64,000 nucleotides of DNA, taken from a virus. The notes under the pieces are model-generated. The model worked only from the letters and a program-made list of their open reading frames with translations. It was not told where the DNA came from and made no database searches. Location of the stretch: the IMG/VR virus record IMGVR_UViG_3300027963_000040. One strand, 5' to 3'. Numbering within the stretch: position 1 is the stretch's first letter; each line of letters begins with the position of its first letter. Both the position numbers and the translations under genes were made by a program. This document shows, one piece after another, positions 18,189 to 25,489 of the stretch.

Positions 18189-18563
18189 TTAGCCTGAAAT
18201 CTCAGGCTCTATGCCTCTCTGGAGCGTTCGAACCGTGTGTTTTTCGGCTCCGTAAAACGCTAGAATGGTCTGCAGAGTGTCCTCTGGGTTGCAATCGCCG
18301 CACATGAACACGTCTAGAGCAGCGTAACCTTTCTCTGGCCAAGTATGCACCGATATATGGCTTTCGGATAGGATTATCACACCTGTATAGCCAAACCCAG
18401 AACCAAAATGGTGCCATCGTTCCGAAAGAACCGTGGCACCAGCATCCCTAGCTGACTGAACAAGAGCAGCTGCTGCCTCGTCCATGTTCCAATATGGAAG
18501 AGATCCGGGATTTCCCCAGACCTCAAGAATCATGTGCCGCCCGAGCGGTGGTACAATGTGCAT
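18189..18563 (-). CDS. speD: S-adenosylmethionine decarboxylase proenzyme
   Basis: GVIILSESHISVHTWPEKGYAALDVFMCG. Confidence 0.93.
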   Translation of the reverse strand: MHIVPPLGRHMILEVWGNPGSLPYWNMDEAAAALVQSARDAGATVLSERWHHFGSGFGYTGVIILSESHISVHTWPEKGYAALDVFMCGDCNPEDTLQTILAFYGAEKHTVRTLQRGIEPEISG

Positions 18564-18629
18564 CCCATGAAAATCCTATAAGTTGTTAACGGTGGATTAT
18601 TTATCTAATAAATACCACCGAAAACGGAG

Positions 18630-19403
18630 ATGCGAATGACAAAATACAAATCGATATGGATATCCGATGTTCATCTAGGAACGAAATCTTGCAAGGCGGA
18701 TCTTCTCTGCACGTTTCTCAAAAACAACCACAGCGAAAATCTCTTTATCGTCGGCGATTTCATCGATGGATGGAAGCTTCAAAGAGGATGGAATTGGCCA
18801 CAGGAACATAGCAACGTCGTAAGAAGGATTCTTACAAATGCGAAACGTGGCACGAAAGTCTCCTATGCCATCGGGAATCACGACGAGTTTTTGAGATCTT
18901 GGTTGAACGAAAACCTCAGATTCGGGAACATCGTCATCGACAACCATTTCGATTACGTTGATCTAAAAGGTAGGAAATGGTTGGTGACGCATGGCGACCA
19001 GTTTGATCAAGTCGTAAGAAACTGGAAGATCATCAGCTTTGCCGGAGACGTGGCTTACAATATGCTGTTAAGCTGCAACGGCATAGTCAATACGCTCAGG
19101 AGAAAGTTCGGTCTCGGATATTGGAGCCTTAGCAAACACATAAAATCCAAGACCAAACAGGCGATTGATTTCATTTACAAGTTTGAAGAGAATCTAGCCG
19201 AGCATGCTAAGAGGCAAAATTGCCATGGGGTGATATGCGGTCACATACACACTCCGGTGATAAAAACCATCGACGGAATAACCTATATCAATGACGGCGA
19301 TTGGGTCGAAACCTGTTCGGCAGTCGTCGAGACGATGGACGGCGAATTCCAGCTTTTGATTCTGGGAGCCGATGGTAAGATGAAAATTGAATCAACTTAT
19401 TGA
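18630..19403 (+). CDS. Calcineurin-like metallophosphoesterase (LpxH-like)
   Basis: ISDVHLG, VGDFIDGW, GNHD, THGD, CGHIH, NDGDWVE. Confidence 0.85.
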   Translation: MRMTKYKSIWISDVHLGTKSCKADLLCTFLKNNHSENLFIVGDFIDGWKLQRGWNWPQEHSNVVRRILTNAKRGTKVSYAIGNHDEFLRSWLNENLRFGNIVIDNHFDYVDLKGRKWLVTHGDQFDQVVRNWKIISFAGDVAYNMLLSCNGIVNTLRRKFGLGYWSLSKHIKSKTKQAIDFIYKFEENLAEHAKRQNCHGVICGHIHTPVIKTIDGITYINDGDWVETCSAVVETMDGEFQLLILGADGKMKIESTY

Positions 19404-19404
19404 T

Positions 19405-19492
19405 TGGCGGAGCGACTGGGAGTCGAACCCAGTCTACGCTTACGCGTAGTACAGATTAGCAATCTGCTGCATTACCGTCCTGCCCTCGCTCC
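19405..19492 (-). tRNA. tRNA-Ser(GCT)
   Basis: Cloverleaf with long variable arm, CCA. Confidence 0.9.
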
Positions 19493-19499
19493 GTACTCT

Positions 19500-19615
19500 G
19501 CATTCTATACACCCTGTGGGGAAGCCCATTGCGCTTATCGAGGTAAGTGTGCCCACATTAGCGAAAATTCCCCTCTGTTCTTTTCGCGAGGTCTCTCCGA
19601 GAGGTTCTAGAATCT
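19500..19615 (-). ncRNA. Candidate structured RNA between tRNAs
   Basis: Closing ATTCTA/TAGAAT stem with three internal hairpins. Confidence 0.45.
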
Positions 19616-19624
19616 CGGATAACT

Positions 19625-19698
19625 TGGCGCTTCGTAGGGGAATCGAACCCCTGCTATCCGCTGGACAGGCGAACGTCCTACCATTAAACGAACGAAGC
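19625..19698 (-). tRNA. tRNA-Asp(GTC)
   Basis: Cloverleaf, CCA. Confidence 0.88.
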
Positions 19699-19703
19699 AA
19701 ACT

Positions 19704-19777
19704 TGGAGGCGCATACGGGTATCGATCCCGTCTCCCTGGGTTGAGAACCCAGTATTCTCCCAATAAACTAATGCGCC
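19704..19777 (-). tRNA. tRNA-Glu(CTC)
   Basis: Cloverleaf, CCA. Confidence 0.85.
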
Positions 19778-19781
19778 AATT

Positions 19782-19859
19782 TGGTACCGCAGACGGGACT
19801 CGAACCCGCATTGCACAGATTGAAAATCTGGGTTCCTAGTCCAATTAGAAGACTGCGGC
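19782..19859 (-). tRNA. tRNA-Glu(TTC)
   Basis: Cloverleaf, CCA. Confidence 0.88.
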
Positions 19860-19941
19860 AAAGCTTTCAACTCATCATATACGTAGTATACCGTGTTTTT
19901 GTAAAAAAGTCAAGGAGTTTTTTAAGTGATGGATAAAAAAA

Positions 19942-20017
19942 TGGTGGAGACAGACGGGATCGAACCGACGACATTTAGCTTGCAAAGCTAACGCTCTACC
20001 AACTGAGCTATGTCCCC
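19942..20017 (-). tRNA. tRNA-Ala(TGC)
   Basis: Cloverleaf, G3:U70, CCA. Confidence 0.92.
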
Positions 20018-20018
20018 A

Positions 20019-20094
20019 TGGGGTGATAGACGGATCTTGAAACCGCAACATCTGGCTCCACAAACCAGCGCTCTGCCTTTGAGCTACTACCACC
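20019..20094 (-). tRNA. tRNA-His(GTG) with encoded G-1:C73
   Basis: Cloverleaf, CCA. Confidence 0.85.
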
Positions 20095-20100
20095 GTAAAC

Positions 20101-20177
20101 TGGTGCGCATGGAGGGACTTGAACCCCCAGAACCTGGTTTCTAAGACCAGTACGTATGCCAATTCCGTCACACGCGC
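20101..20177 (-). tRNA. tRNA-Leu(TAG), short variable arm
   Basis: Cloverleaf, CCA. Confidence 0.85.
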
Positions 20178-20184
20178 GTAAGAA

Positions 20185-20302
20185 GTCGGATTGCAGCGGA
20201 GGTGGTTCCTAGTCTCGAGCCATATGCCACTACGTCACTTTAATCGCCCAAACTCTAGCGAACTGCAATCCTAGCATGACGTTTTGGTTATTCGTCACGC
20301 GT
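20185..20302 (-). ncRNA. Candidate structured RNA between tRNAs
   Basis: GCGTGACG/CGTCATGC hairpin, then a GGATTGCAG/CTGCAATCC-closed junction. Confidence 0.45.
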
Positions 20303-20305
20303 TCT

Positions 20306-20382
20306 TGGCGTTGCGTAAGAGATTCGAACTCCTAACCCTCAGCTTCGTAGGCTGATGCTCTATCCAGTTGAGCTAACACAAC
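20306..20382 (-). tRNA. tRNA-Arg(ACG)
   Basis: Cloverleaf, CCA. Confidence 0.88.
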
Positions 20383-20390
20383 GTAAAACT

Positions 20391-20464
20391 TGGTTGCCCT
20401 TCATGGATTCGAACCACAACAAACGGAGTCAGAGTCCGCTGTACTACCGTTATACGAAAGGGCA
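20391..20464 (-). tRNA. tRNA-Gln(CTG)
   Basis: Cloverleaf, CCA. Confidence 0.88.
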
Positions 20465-20483
20465 AAAAACCTATTTAGTCAAA

Positions 20484-20557
20484 TGGATGCCCGAGCTGGA
20501 TTCGAACCAACGTATACTGAACCAAAATCAGCAGTCCTACCATTAGACGATCAGGCA
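20484..20557 (-). tRNA. tRNA-Gln(TTG)
   Basis: Cloverleaf, CCA. Confidence 0.85.
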
Positions 20558-20563
20558 TTAAGA

Positions 20564-20639
20564 TGGTGCCATTCCTTGGTTCCGCCCCAAGTCCTCGTGC
20601 TCTTCAGGCACACGCTTCTACTAAGTTAGCTTGAATGGC
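20564..20639 (-). tRNA. tRNA-Phe(GAA)
   Basis: Cloverleaf with non-canonical T-loop GGCGGAA, CCA. Confidence 0.8.
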
Positions 20640-20642
20640 AAA

Positions 20643-20717
20643 TGGTACCTGAGGACGGGATTGAACCGCCGACCGTCTCCGTGTAAAGGAGCTGCGCTAC
20701 CGCTGCGCCACTCAGGC
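20643..20717 (-). tRNA. tRNA-Val(TAC)
   Basis: Cloverleaf, CCA. Confidence 0.88.
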
Positions 20718-20903
20718 TTAATCTTCTTCATCCTCAAACGGAACGAAATCAACATAATCAGTCAGAAAATGATATGCTGCTTGTTGCGCAGCTTCTGGCG
20801 TATAATATATACAATCTTCGGAATATGAATTTTCACTTCCTTCGAATTCCCGAAACTGGACCTGCCAAGCACTTTCGGTCTCTATAATCTTAGCGGTTCT
20901 CAC
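20718..20903 (-). CDS. Hypothetical acidic protein
   Basis: GTG start, AAGGG SD, TTGACA promoter upstream. Confidence 0.55.
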   Translation of the reverse strand: MRTAKIIETESAWQVQFREFEGSENSYSEDCIYYTPEAAQQAAYHFLTDYVDFVPFEDEED

Positions 20904-20967
20904 GTTGAATCCCTTATCCCTATAAATTCATTATATACCATTATGGGAAGAATGTCAATAGGTTTTT

Positions 20968-21567
20968 TTATCTAGAAGTGATTTTATTACCAGGCTTCCC
21001 GAGCATCAATTTAGTATGCCACTCTCCGCCGATCTTACGCTGGTAGAAGTGATCTTTGTATTCCGGATGACGAACAATTTCTGGATCGTCTTCGGGGGGC
21101 TTGCGAATTTCATCATCTCTATCTAGATGATGGTGCACTTCATGATAAGGTACAACATGTTTCTTTAACTCTTCTGCTCCCAAATGTTTCTTGATGAAAG
21201 ATAGACTCTTAGAAGACTTCTCTCCGTATGCGCGACCAGTCCTAAGATCGTCAGACATAATATCAGAAGCACCACGCTTTCCGTGTTCAGTGCCATCGGT
21301 AGCAATCGCAACTGCTTTACGACCACCCTTGTCTTTATACATGGCTGCAGCAACAACTTTACCTTGATGCTTCTTAAGCTTCCACATAGGGATGTTCTTA
21401 ATCATATCATCCTTGTCTCTGAATCCAGAACCATGGATGCCGCCAACGGAGGCATATGATTTATCTAGCAAAGACTTGACCTCATCAGCATACTGTTGTT
21501 TTTTAGGGTCATCATGAAGTAGATTTACGAACTTCTCGTTTAGGATATATTGTCTGAATGAAAGCAT
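20968..21567 (-). CDS. Putative internal head protein with capsid-targeting sequence
   Basis: MLSFRQYILNE N-terminus; GAGG SD; TAATAAATA upstream. Confidence 0.65.
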   Translation of the reverse strand: MLSFRQYILNEKFVNLLHDDPKKQQYADEVKSLLDKSYASVGGIHGSGFRDKDDMIKNIPMWKLKKHQGKVVAAAMYKDKGGRKAVAIATDGTEHGKRGASDIMSDDLRTGRAYGEKSSKSLSFIKKHLGAEELKKHVVPYHEVHHHLDRDDEIRKPPEDDPEIVRHPEYKDHFYQRKIGGEWHTKLMLGKPGNKITSR

Positions 21568-21610
21568 AACTAACCTCTTTTTTGATTATTTATTATTATT
21601 CAGATTTAGA

Positions 21611-21687
<77 letters not shown>

Positions 21688-21858
21688 TTACTTGTCTTTA
21701 GTCTTTTCCTCGAATTCCTTAATTCGAGAACTGAAATATTGAAGAACTATCCCATGCGCTAGAGCACCCATCTTCAGCTGCATCGTTTGAGAATCCAGGT
21801 GATTGCTAACCTCGTCCTCAAACGCAGCCTTCTTTAGTACGTCGATAGAATAGCTCAT
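21688..21858 (-). CDS. Hypothetical 56-aa protein
   Basis: AGGAG SD; MSYSIDVLKKAAFEDEV... Confidence 0.55.
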   Translation of the reverse strand: MSYSIDVLKKAAFEDEVSNHLDSQTMQLKMGALAHGIVLQYFSSRIKEFEEKTKDK

Positions 21859-21876
21859 TCTAGTCTCCTAAAAAGA

Positions 21877-21969
21877 TGGAGGAAGAGGTGGGATTCGAAC
21901 CCACGGTAGAACTCCCGCCCTACGTCAGTTTTCAAGACTGATGACTTAATCCATCTCGCCCACTCTTCC
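21877..21969 (-). tRNA. tRNA-Ser(TGA)
   Basis: Cloverleaf with long variable arm, CCA. Confidence 0.9.
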
Positions 21970-21971
21970 AA

Positions 21972-22290
21972 TTTTGTCGGTTGATTCTGTTTCGAGGCTC
22001 AACCGTAAGCCCAAGAGATTACGCCGCTAGGCGAGTCTCAACTGCAAAGTTATCGTTTGCATTTGTAGTTTCGAACTGATTGAGGGTCGTATCTTACCCA
22101 TTGCCTACTTCAACCCTTACCGTCGCCAGTCGATCCTGTTTCGTCCCCGTCAAAAACACACTGTTACACTCACTTCTTGGAGTAAGAACCGATGCTATAA
22201 AAGCAAGGGTCCCCAATGTGCTTTTGGTGGAGACGCACGGTACTGCCCCGTGGTCCTGACAAACCTATTTGATTGCTATCAACAGCAACT
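21972..22290 (-). ncRNA. ssrA: Permuted two-piece tmRNA (alphaproteobacterial type), tag ANDNFAVETRLAA
   Basis: Acceptor piece ends GCGTCTCCACCA (22225) with a GGCAGTA T-loop; ~76-nt intervening segment; coding piece starts GGGGACG (22148) giving G3:U70; tag frame 22060-22019; TATAAATA at 22294-22301. Confidence 0.92.
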
Positions 22291-22332
22291 TCTTATTTAT
22301 ACCCTAGTTTGAAGGAAAAGTCAAGGATTATT

Positions 22333-22632
22333 TCAGACTAGGCTGAATATATCAACATGCTTGTCTTCATCTAAGATAGAATAAACATTTACTCCGGTGT
22401 AGTACCAGAAAGTCAGCTTCATAGCAAACAAAATCTTCTTATGATTTTCGATTGCTCGATTAGAAATCTTAGCAGCTTGATCGCTTATGTTGATCAAGAA
22501 CTCATAACATTCTTCTTCAGCCATCAGATTTTCTTCAAGCTCTTTTATCTGTTTGTAGAGAAGCTTGCAGAAGTTTTTACATTGACGGTTGTCAAACTTC
22601 AATTCACTGAATCTTACGTACGGTTCGGACAT
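22333..22632 (-). CDS. Hypothetical protein
   Basis: Start moved to MSEPY after GAGGAG because the longer ORF overlaps tRNA-Tyr. Confidence 0.55.
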   Translation of the reverse strand: MSEPYVRFSELKFDNRQCKNFCKLLYKQIKELEENLMAEEECYEFLINISDQAAKISNRAIENHKKILFAMKLTFWYYTGVNVYSILDEDKHVDIFSLV

Positions 22633-22672
22633 TTGATTTCTCCTCTCATACGTATTTATTGATTGGTGGGAA

Positions 22673-22762
22673 TGGGTGTGGTCGGAGTCGAACCAACAGT
22701 GTTTACCACATGGGACGCGATTTACAGTCGCGGGATGCACACGCCATAGCATCAACACACCC
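22673..22762 (-). tRNA. tRNA-Tyr(GTA), atypical 5-bp D-stem, no adjacent CCA
   Basis: GGGTGTG/CACACCC acceptor; CGCGA-CTGTAAA-TCGCG anticodon arm; TTCGACT T-loop. Confidence 0.8.
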
Positions 22763-23188
22763 TTACTTATTTTTCCCACACCAAGTGTCGGTTTGGGAAT
22801 GACAGTTTGGACACAAAAATCTTAAGTTAGACTTTTTGTGATTATTACTATTTCCGTCAATGTGATCCAGGTGTAGAACAATTTGTTTTCCGTTCCAATC
22901 CGAGATACCACATTCAACACATTTGTAATCAAAAACTTTCTCTTGCAGCAATTTTTTCTTAACTTTTCCGGTCTGAAAATAAGGATGAAGACCTTCCAAA
23001 ATTTCTTCTAACGGAACTTTTTTTGTTGTATTTCCGCCTATAACAAAACCTAGATCTAACTTTTTACAAAGCCTCCAAACTTGGACAGTTGGAATTTCCA
23101 ATTCAGCTGCCATTTTCCCAAGATGTTTATGTTTTTCGTAGCAAGCTTTTACTTGTTCTTCAGTGATTTGTTTGTGCTTTTGTATCAT
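22763..23188 (-). CDS. Free-standing HNH homing endonuclease
   Basis: CVEC...LHLDHIDGNSNNHKKSNLRFLCPNCHSQT; own late promoter 23207-23214. Confidence 0.9.
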   Translation of the reverse strand: MIQKHKQITEEQVKACYEKHKHLGKMAAELEIPTVQVWRLCKKLDLGFVIGGNTTKKVPLEEILEGLHPYFQTGKVKKKLLQEKVFDYKCVECGISDWNGKQIVLHLDHIDGNSNNHKKSNLRFLCPNCHSQTDTWCGKNK

Positions 23189-23221
23189 GATCGTTCTCCT
23201 TTGATCTATTTATACAAAAGC

Positions 23222-23265
23222 GGATTTCAAATCCAGTGCCCGTCCGCCGTCCGAGCAGCTTCCCC
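23222..23265 (-). pseudogene. 5' half of a tRNA-like gene (anticodon TGA) interrupted by the HNH cassette
   Basis: GGGAAGCT-GCTCG/CGGGC D-arm-CTGGA TTTGAAA TCC, then a break; matching TTCCCACCA remnant at 22664-22672. Confidence 0.55.
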
Positions 23266-23271
23266 GAAGTA

Positions 23272-23343
23272 TGGAGGCGCTAGTTGGTAACGATCCAACA
23301 CAAGTCGACTTATGAGATCGACCGGAACACCTGTTCTAGCGCC
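23272..23343 (-). tRNA. Atypical tRNA with CAT anticodon (Met/Ile2)
   Basis: GGCGCTA/TAGCGCC, tiny D-arm, 6-bp anticodon stem, ATCGTTA T-loop, CCA. Confidence 0.7.
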
Positions 23344-23347
23344 ATAG

Positions 23348-23420
23348 TGGTAACAGAGGGTTGAATCGAACAACCGTGGTCTAGGTTATGAGCCTAGATG
23401 GGATACCAATCCTCTCTGCT
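23348..23420 (-). tRNA. Atypical tRNA with CAT anticodon (Ile2/Met)
   Basis: AGCAGAG/CTCTGTT, tiny D-arm, 6-bp anticodon stem, CCA. Confidence 0.75.
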
Positions 23421-23424
23421 ATAA

Positions 23425-23498
23425 TGGAGCGGGATAGGGGAATCGAACCCCTGTCCTCAGCTTGGAAGGCTGTGATAATACCATTATACTAATCCCGC
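23425..23498 (-). tRNA. tRNA-Gly(TCC)
   Basis: Cloverleaf, U73, CCA. Confidence 0.9.
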
Positions 23499-24497
23499 AT
23501 TCTTGATTTTTTGATCAAGAAAATTGATTTTTTCCGAATAAGTCCCTGAACCATTCTGATCTGATAAGTTGGCTAGTTCCATCAACATCAGATCTTTGTG
23601 CATCCGTTCATCATAACTCGGTTCGTTATTTATAATCTTGTTATACCTATCGCGAAGAGTGCAAAACTCGTAAGCCAGCTTTTCGGAATATTCGCCGATC
23701 ATACCTCTTACAACTTCACGACTTATTTGACTCGAATTGTTGTAGTTGAAAAACTCTGTACCGTATACAGAATGAAACAGCCCTGCTCTACAGACATCCT
23801 CCGATCCTTTCAACACCTCTAATCTTAGCATAGTGTTGAAAAGATGTTCGAAGAATGTACGCTTAGAGTGAGGTATATTGACCGCAAGTTCTTTGATAAA
23901 CTCAACTAACTCGCTGTTAAAATTTGGATCAAGAGTCTTGAACACTAATACCGTTCTCAACGTAGGACACATCCTAGAAAGAGGTCTTGCCGCATGCAAC
24001 TTGTTTGAATCAAAAACCAACAGCCTACCGAACTTTGGTAGAATTGAACTCTCGATCTCTCTGTTATCATCATATATCACTGTTTCACCAGCCCAATCAA
24101 TGTCCCAGGATTCATTCAGGTAGAGTATGGCAGTCTCTGACATAGAGTCGTCGCCAAACTTCTTTTTAATCCAAGAATCATCATAGTGAGCATAAGCATC
24201 AGTGCCGTAAGTGTAACCGTTTATATACACTCGAAGCAAAGATCTTTGACCTATAACACCACAAATGCTATTCCATATTTGTTTAAGCTCTTTGTGGTTG
24301 TTAATGTAAGGCATGTCAGCATGGTCGTATGGTTCAATCTTACTGTTGTTCAGTATGTTATTGTTCCAGTGTCCAAAATCCCCTTTCAGGTTAACATTGG
24401 ACTTCCAACCAAACTTTAGACCATTATCAACGTAACGTCTAGTGATCGTCTTTAGTAGCTCTGGGGCTTGTAACGTTACTACGGTTGTGTTTTTCAT
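23484..24497 (-). CDS. 2OG-Fe(II) oxygenase fused to a C-terminal HD-like (DUF6817-like) domain
   Basis: AHYDD...W..DWAGET...LHAAR...LRTVLVFK; C-terminal HSKRTFFEHL...AGLFHSVYGT. Confidence 0.8.
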   Translation of the reverse strand: MKNTTVVTLQAPELLKTITRRYVDNGLKFGWKSNVNLKGDFGHWNNNILNNSKIEPYDHADMPYINNHKELKQIWNSICGVIGQRSLLRVYINGYTYGTDAYAHYDDSWIKKKFGDDSMSETAILYLNESWDIDWAGETVIYDDNREIESSILPKFGRLLVFDSNKLHAARPLSRMCPTLRTVLVFKTLDPNFNSELVEFIKELAVNIPHSKRTFFEHLFNTMLRLEVLKGSEDVCRAGLFHSVYGTEFFNYNNSSQISREVVRGMIGEYSEKLAYEFCTLRDRYNKIINNEPSYDERMHKDLMLMELANLSDQNGSGTYSEKINFLDQKIKNAGLV

Positions 24498-24526
24498 AAG
24501 TTATTCACCCCAGTTATACTAAAAAA

Positions 24527-24624
24527 TGGTACGAGCGATAGGAGCGTATCAGCTGCAACCATAATCTCTGGATGCCTCGTCTTGATCCTGTATAGCTCAA
24601 TGCGACTCCTAACAGCTATACAAG
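24527..24624 (-). ncRNA. Candidate ACCA-terminated, pseudoknotted non-tRNA RNA
   Basis: CTTGTATAGCT/AGCTATACAGG stem; loop TAGGAG complementary to downstream CTCCTA; ACGAG/CTCGT stem followed by ACCA. Confidence 0.5.
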
Positions 24625-24630
24625 TTACTT

Positions 24631-24706
24631 TGGTGCCGGTTGGAGGAATCGAACTCCCGACCTTCTCATTACAAGTGAGTTGCTCTACCAACTGAGCTAA
24701 ACCGGC
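24631..24706 (-). tRNA. tRNA-Thr(TGT)
   Basis: Cloverleaf, CCA. Confidence 0.92.
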
Positions 24707-24714
24707 AAACTTTT

Positions 24715-24808
24715 CGGTTTCACTGCACCATCAGCTTTGTAGCACACCCGCTCACGCAACTAAATCGTGCCTTGGTGTCGTCTAACGCAGTCGGACGACC
24801 GAAACCGG
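24715..24808 (-). ncRNA. Candidate structured RNA between tRNAs
   Basis: CGGTTTC/GAAACCG closing stem, GTCGTC/GACGAC, CACCA/TGGTG, possible ACTGCG/TGCAGT pseudoknot. Confidence 0.5.
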
Positions 24809-24811
24809 TAA

Positions 24812-24887
24812 TGGTGCTTCCTGATGGTCCCGACCCATCGACCTTTCGGTTATCAACCGAATGCTCTACCAGCTGAGCTAAGGAAGC
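24812..24887 (-). tRNA. tRNA-Ile(GAT)
   Basis: Cloverleaf with non-canonical T-loop, CCA. Confidence 0.85.
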
Positions 24888-24893
24888 AAAAAA

Positions 24894-24969
24894 TGGCTGG
24901 CTAGGCAGGACTCGAACCTGCGACCCGGTGATTAACAGTCACCTGCTCTACCAACTGAGCTACTAACCA
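24894..24969 (-). tRNA. tRNA-Asn(GTT)
   Basis: Cloverleaf, CCA. Confidence 0.92.
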
Positions 24970-24975
24970 AAAAAC

Positions 24976-25050
24976 TGGAGGACCCTAGTGGAATCGAACC
25001 ACTGTAGCAGGTTTTGCAGACCTGCGCCTAAGCCACTCGACCAAGGATCC
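24976..25050 (-). tRNA. tRNA-Cys(GCA)
   Basis: Cloverleaf, U73, CCA. Confidence 0.88.
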
Positions 25051-25051
25051 G

Positions 25052-25126
25052 TGGTGAGCCGGGAGAATTTCGAAATCTCGACCCAGGGATTAAGAGTCCC
25101 TTGCTCTGCCTCTGAGCTACCAGCCC
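25052..25126 (-). tRNA. tRNA-Lys(CTT)
   Basis: Cloverleaf, CCA; TATAAATA at 25136-25143 heads this tRNA run. Confidence 0.88.
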
Positions 25127-25153
25127 ACGGTATCTTATTTATACATCAAATTG

Positions 25154-25408
25154 TCAAACAGCAGAAGAAAGAAACTTACGCAACCTTACGCTTGCGAAGC
25201 GCGGTACACTGTAGTAACGGACGATGGTACCCTTAGAGTTGATACGAGTGTTACGCTCAATCACAACACCATCGTTACGTAGCCGATAGACCATATCGTA
25301 AGGATTAGTCACGCGGAAGCGCGAAGCAATCTGACGAGCGGTCAGCTGGGTGCCTTCGATAAAAGCAGCATGAAGACGATCCAGCTTAGAAACATTCGTA
25401 CTTGTCAT
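25154..25408 (-). CDS. Small winged-HTH-like protein
   Basis: G.QLTARQIASRFRVTNP...V..LR..G pattern. Confidence 0.65.
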   Translation of the reverse strand: MTSTNVSKLDRLHAAFIEGTQLTARQIASRFRVTNPYDMVYRLRNDGVVIERNTRINSKGTIVRYYSVPRFASVRLRKFLSSAV

Positions 25409-25489
25409 AATCTATTTCCTTTCAGGTTTGCAAACTCATTCAACTCAGTCATTATAGCTTATTTTGCAGAAAAGTCAAGCACTTTTTTT

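Noticed and set aside
19404-20828. Track ORFs overlapping the tRNA cluster (e.g. 19440-19811, 19875-20171, 20390-20629)
   Set aside because: They are incidental frames across clear tRNA genes and lack an RBS.
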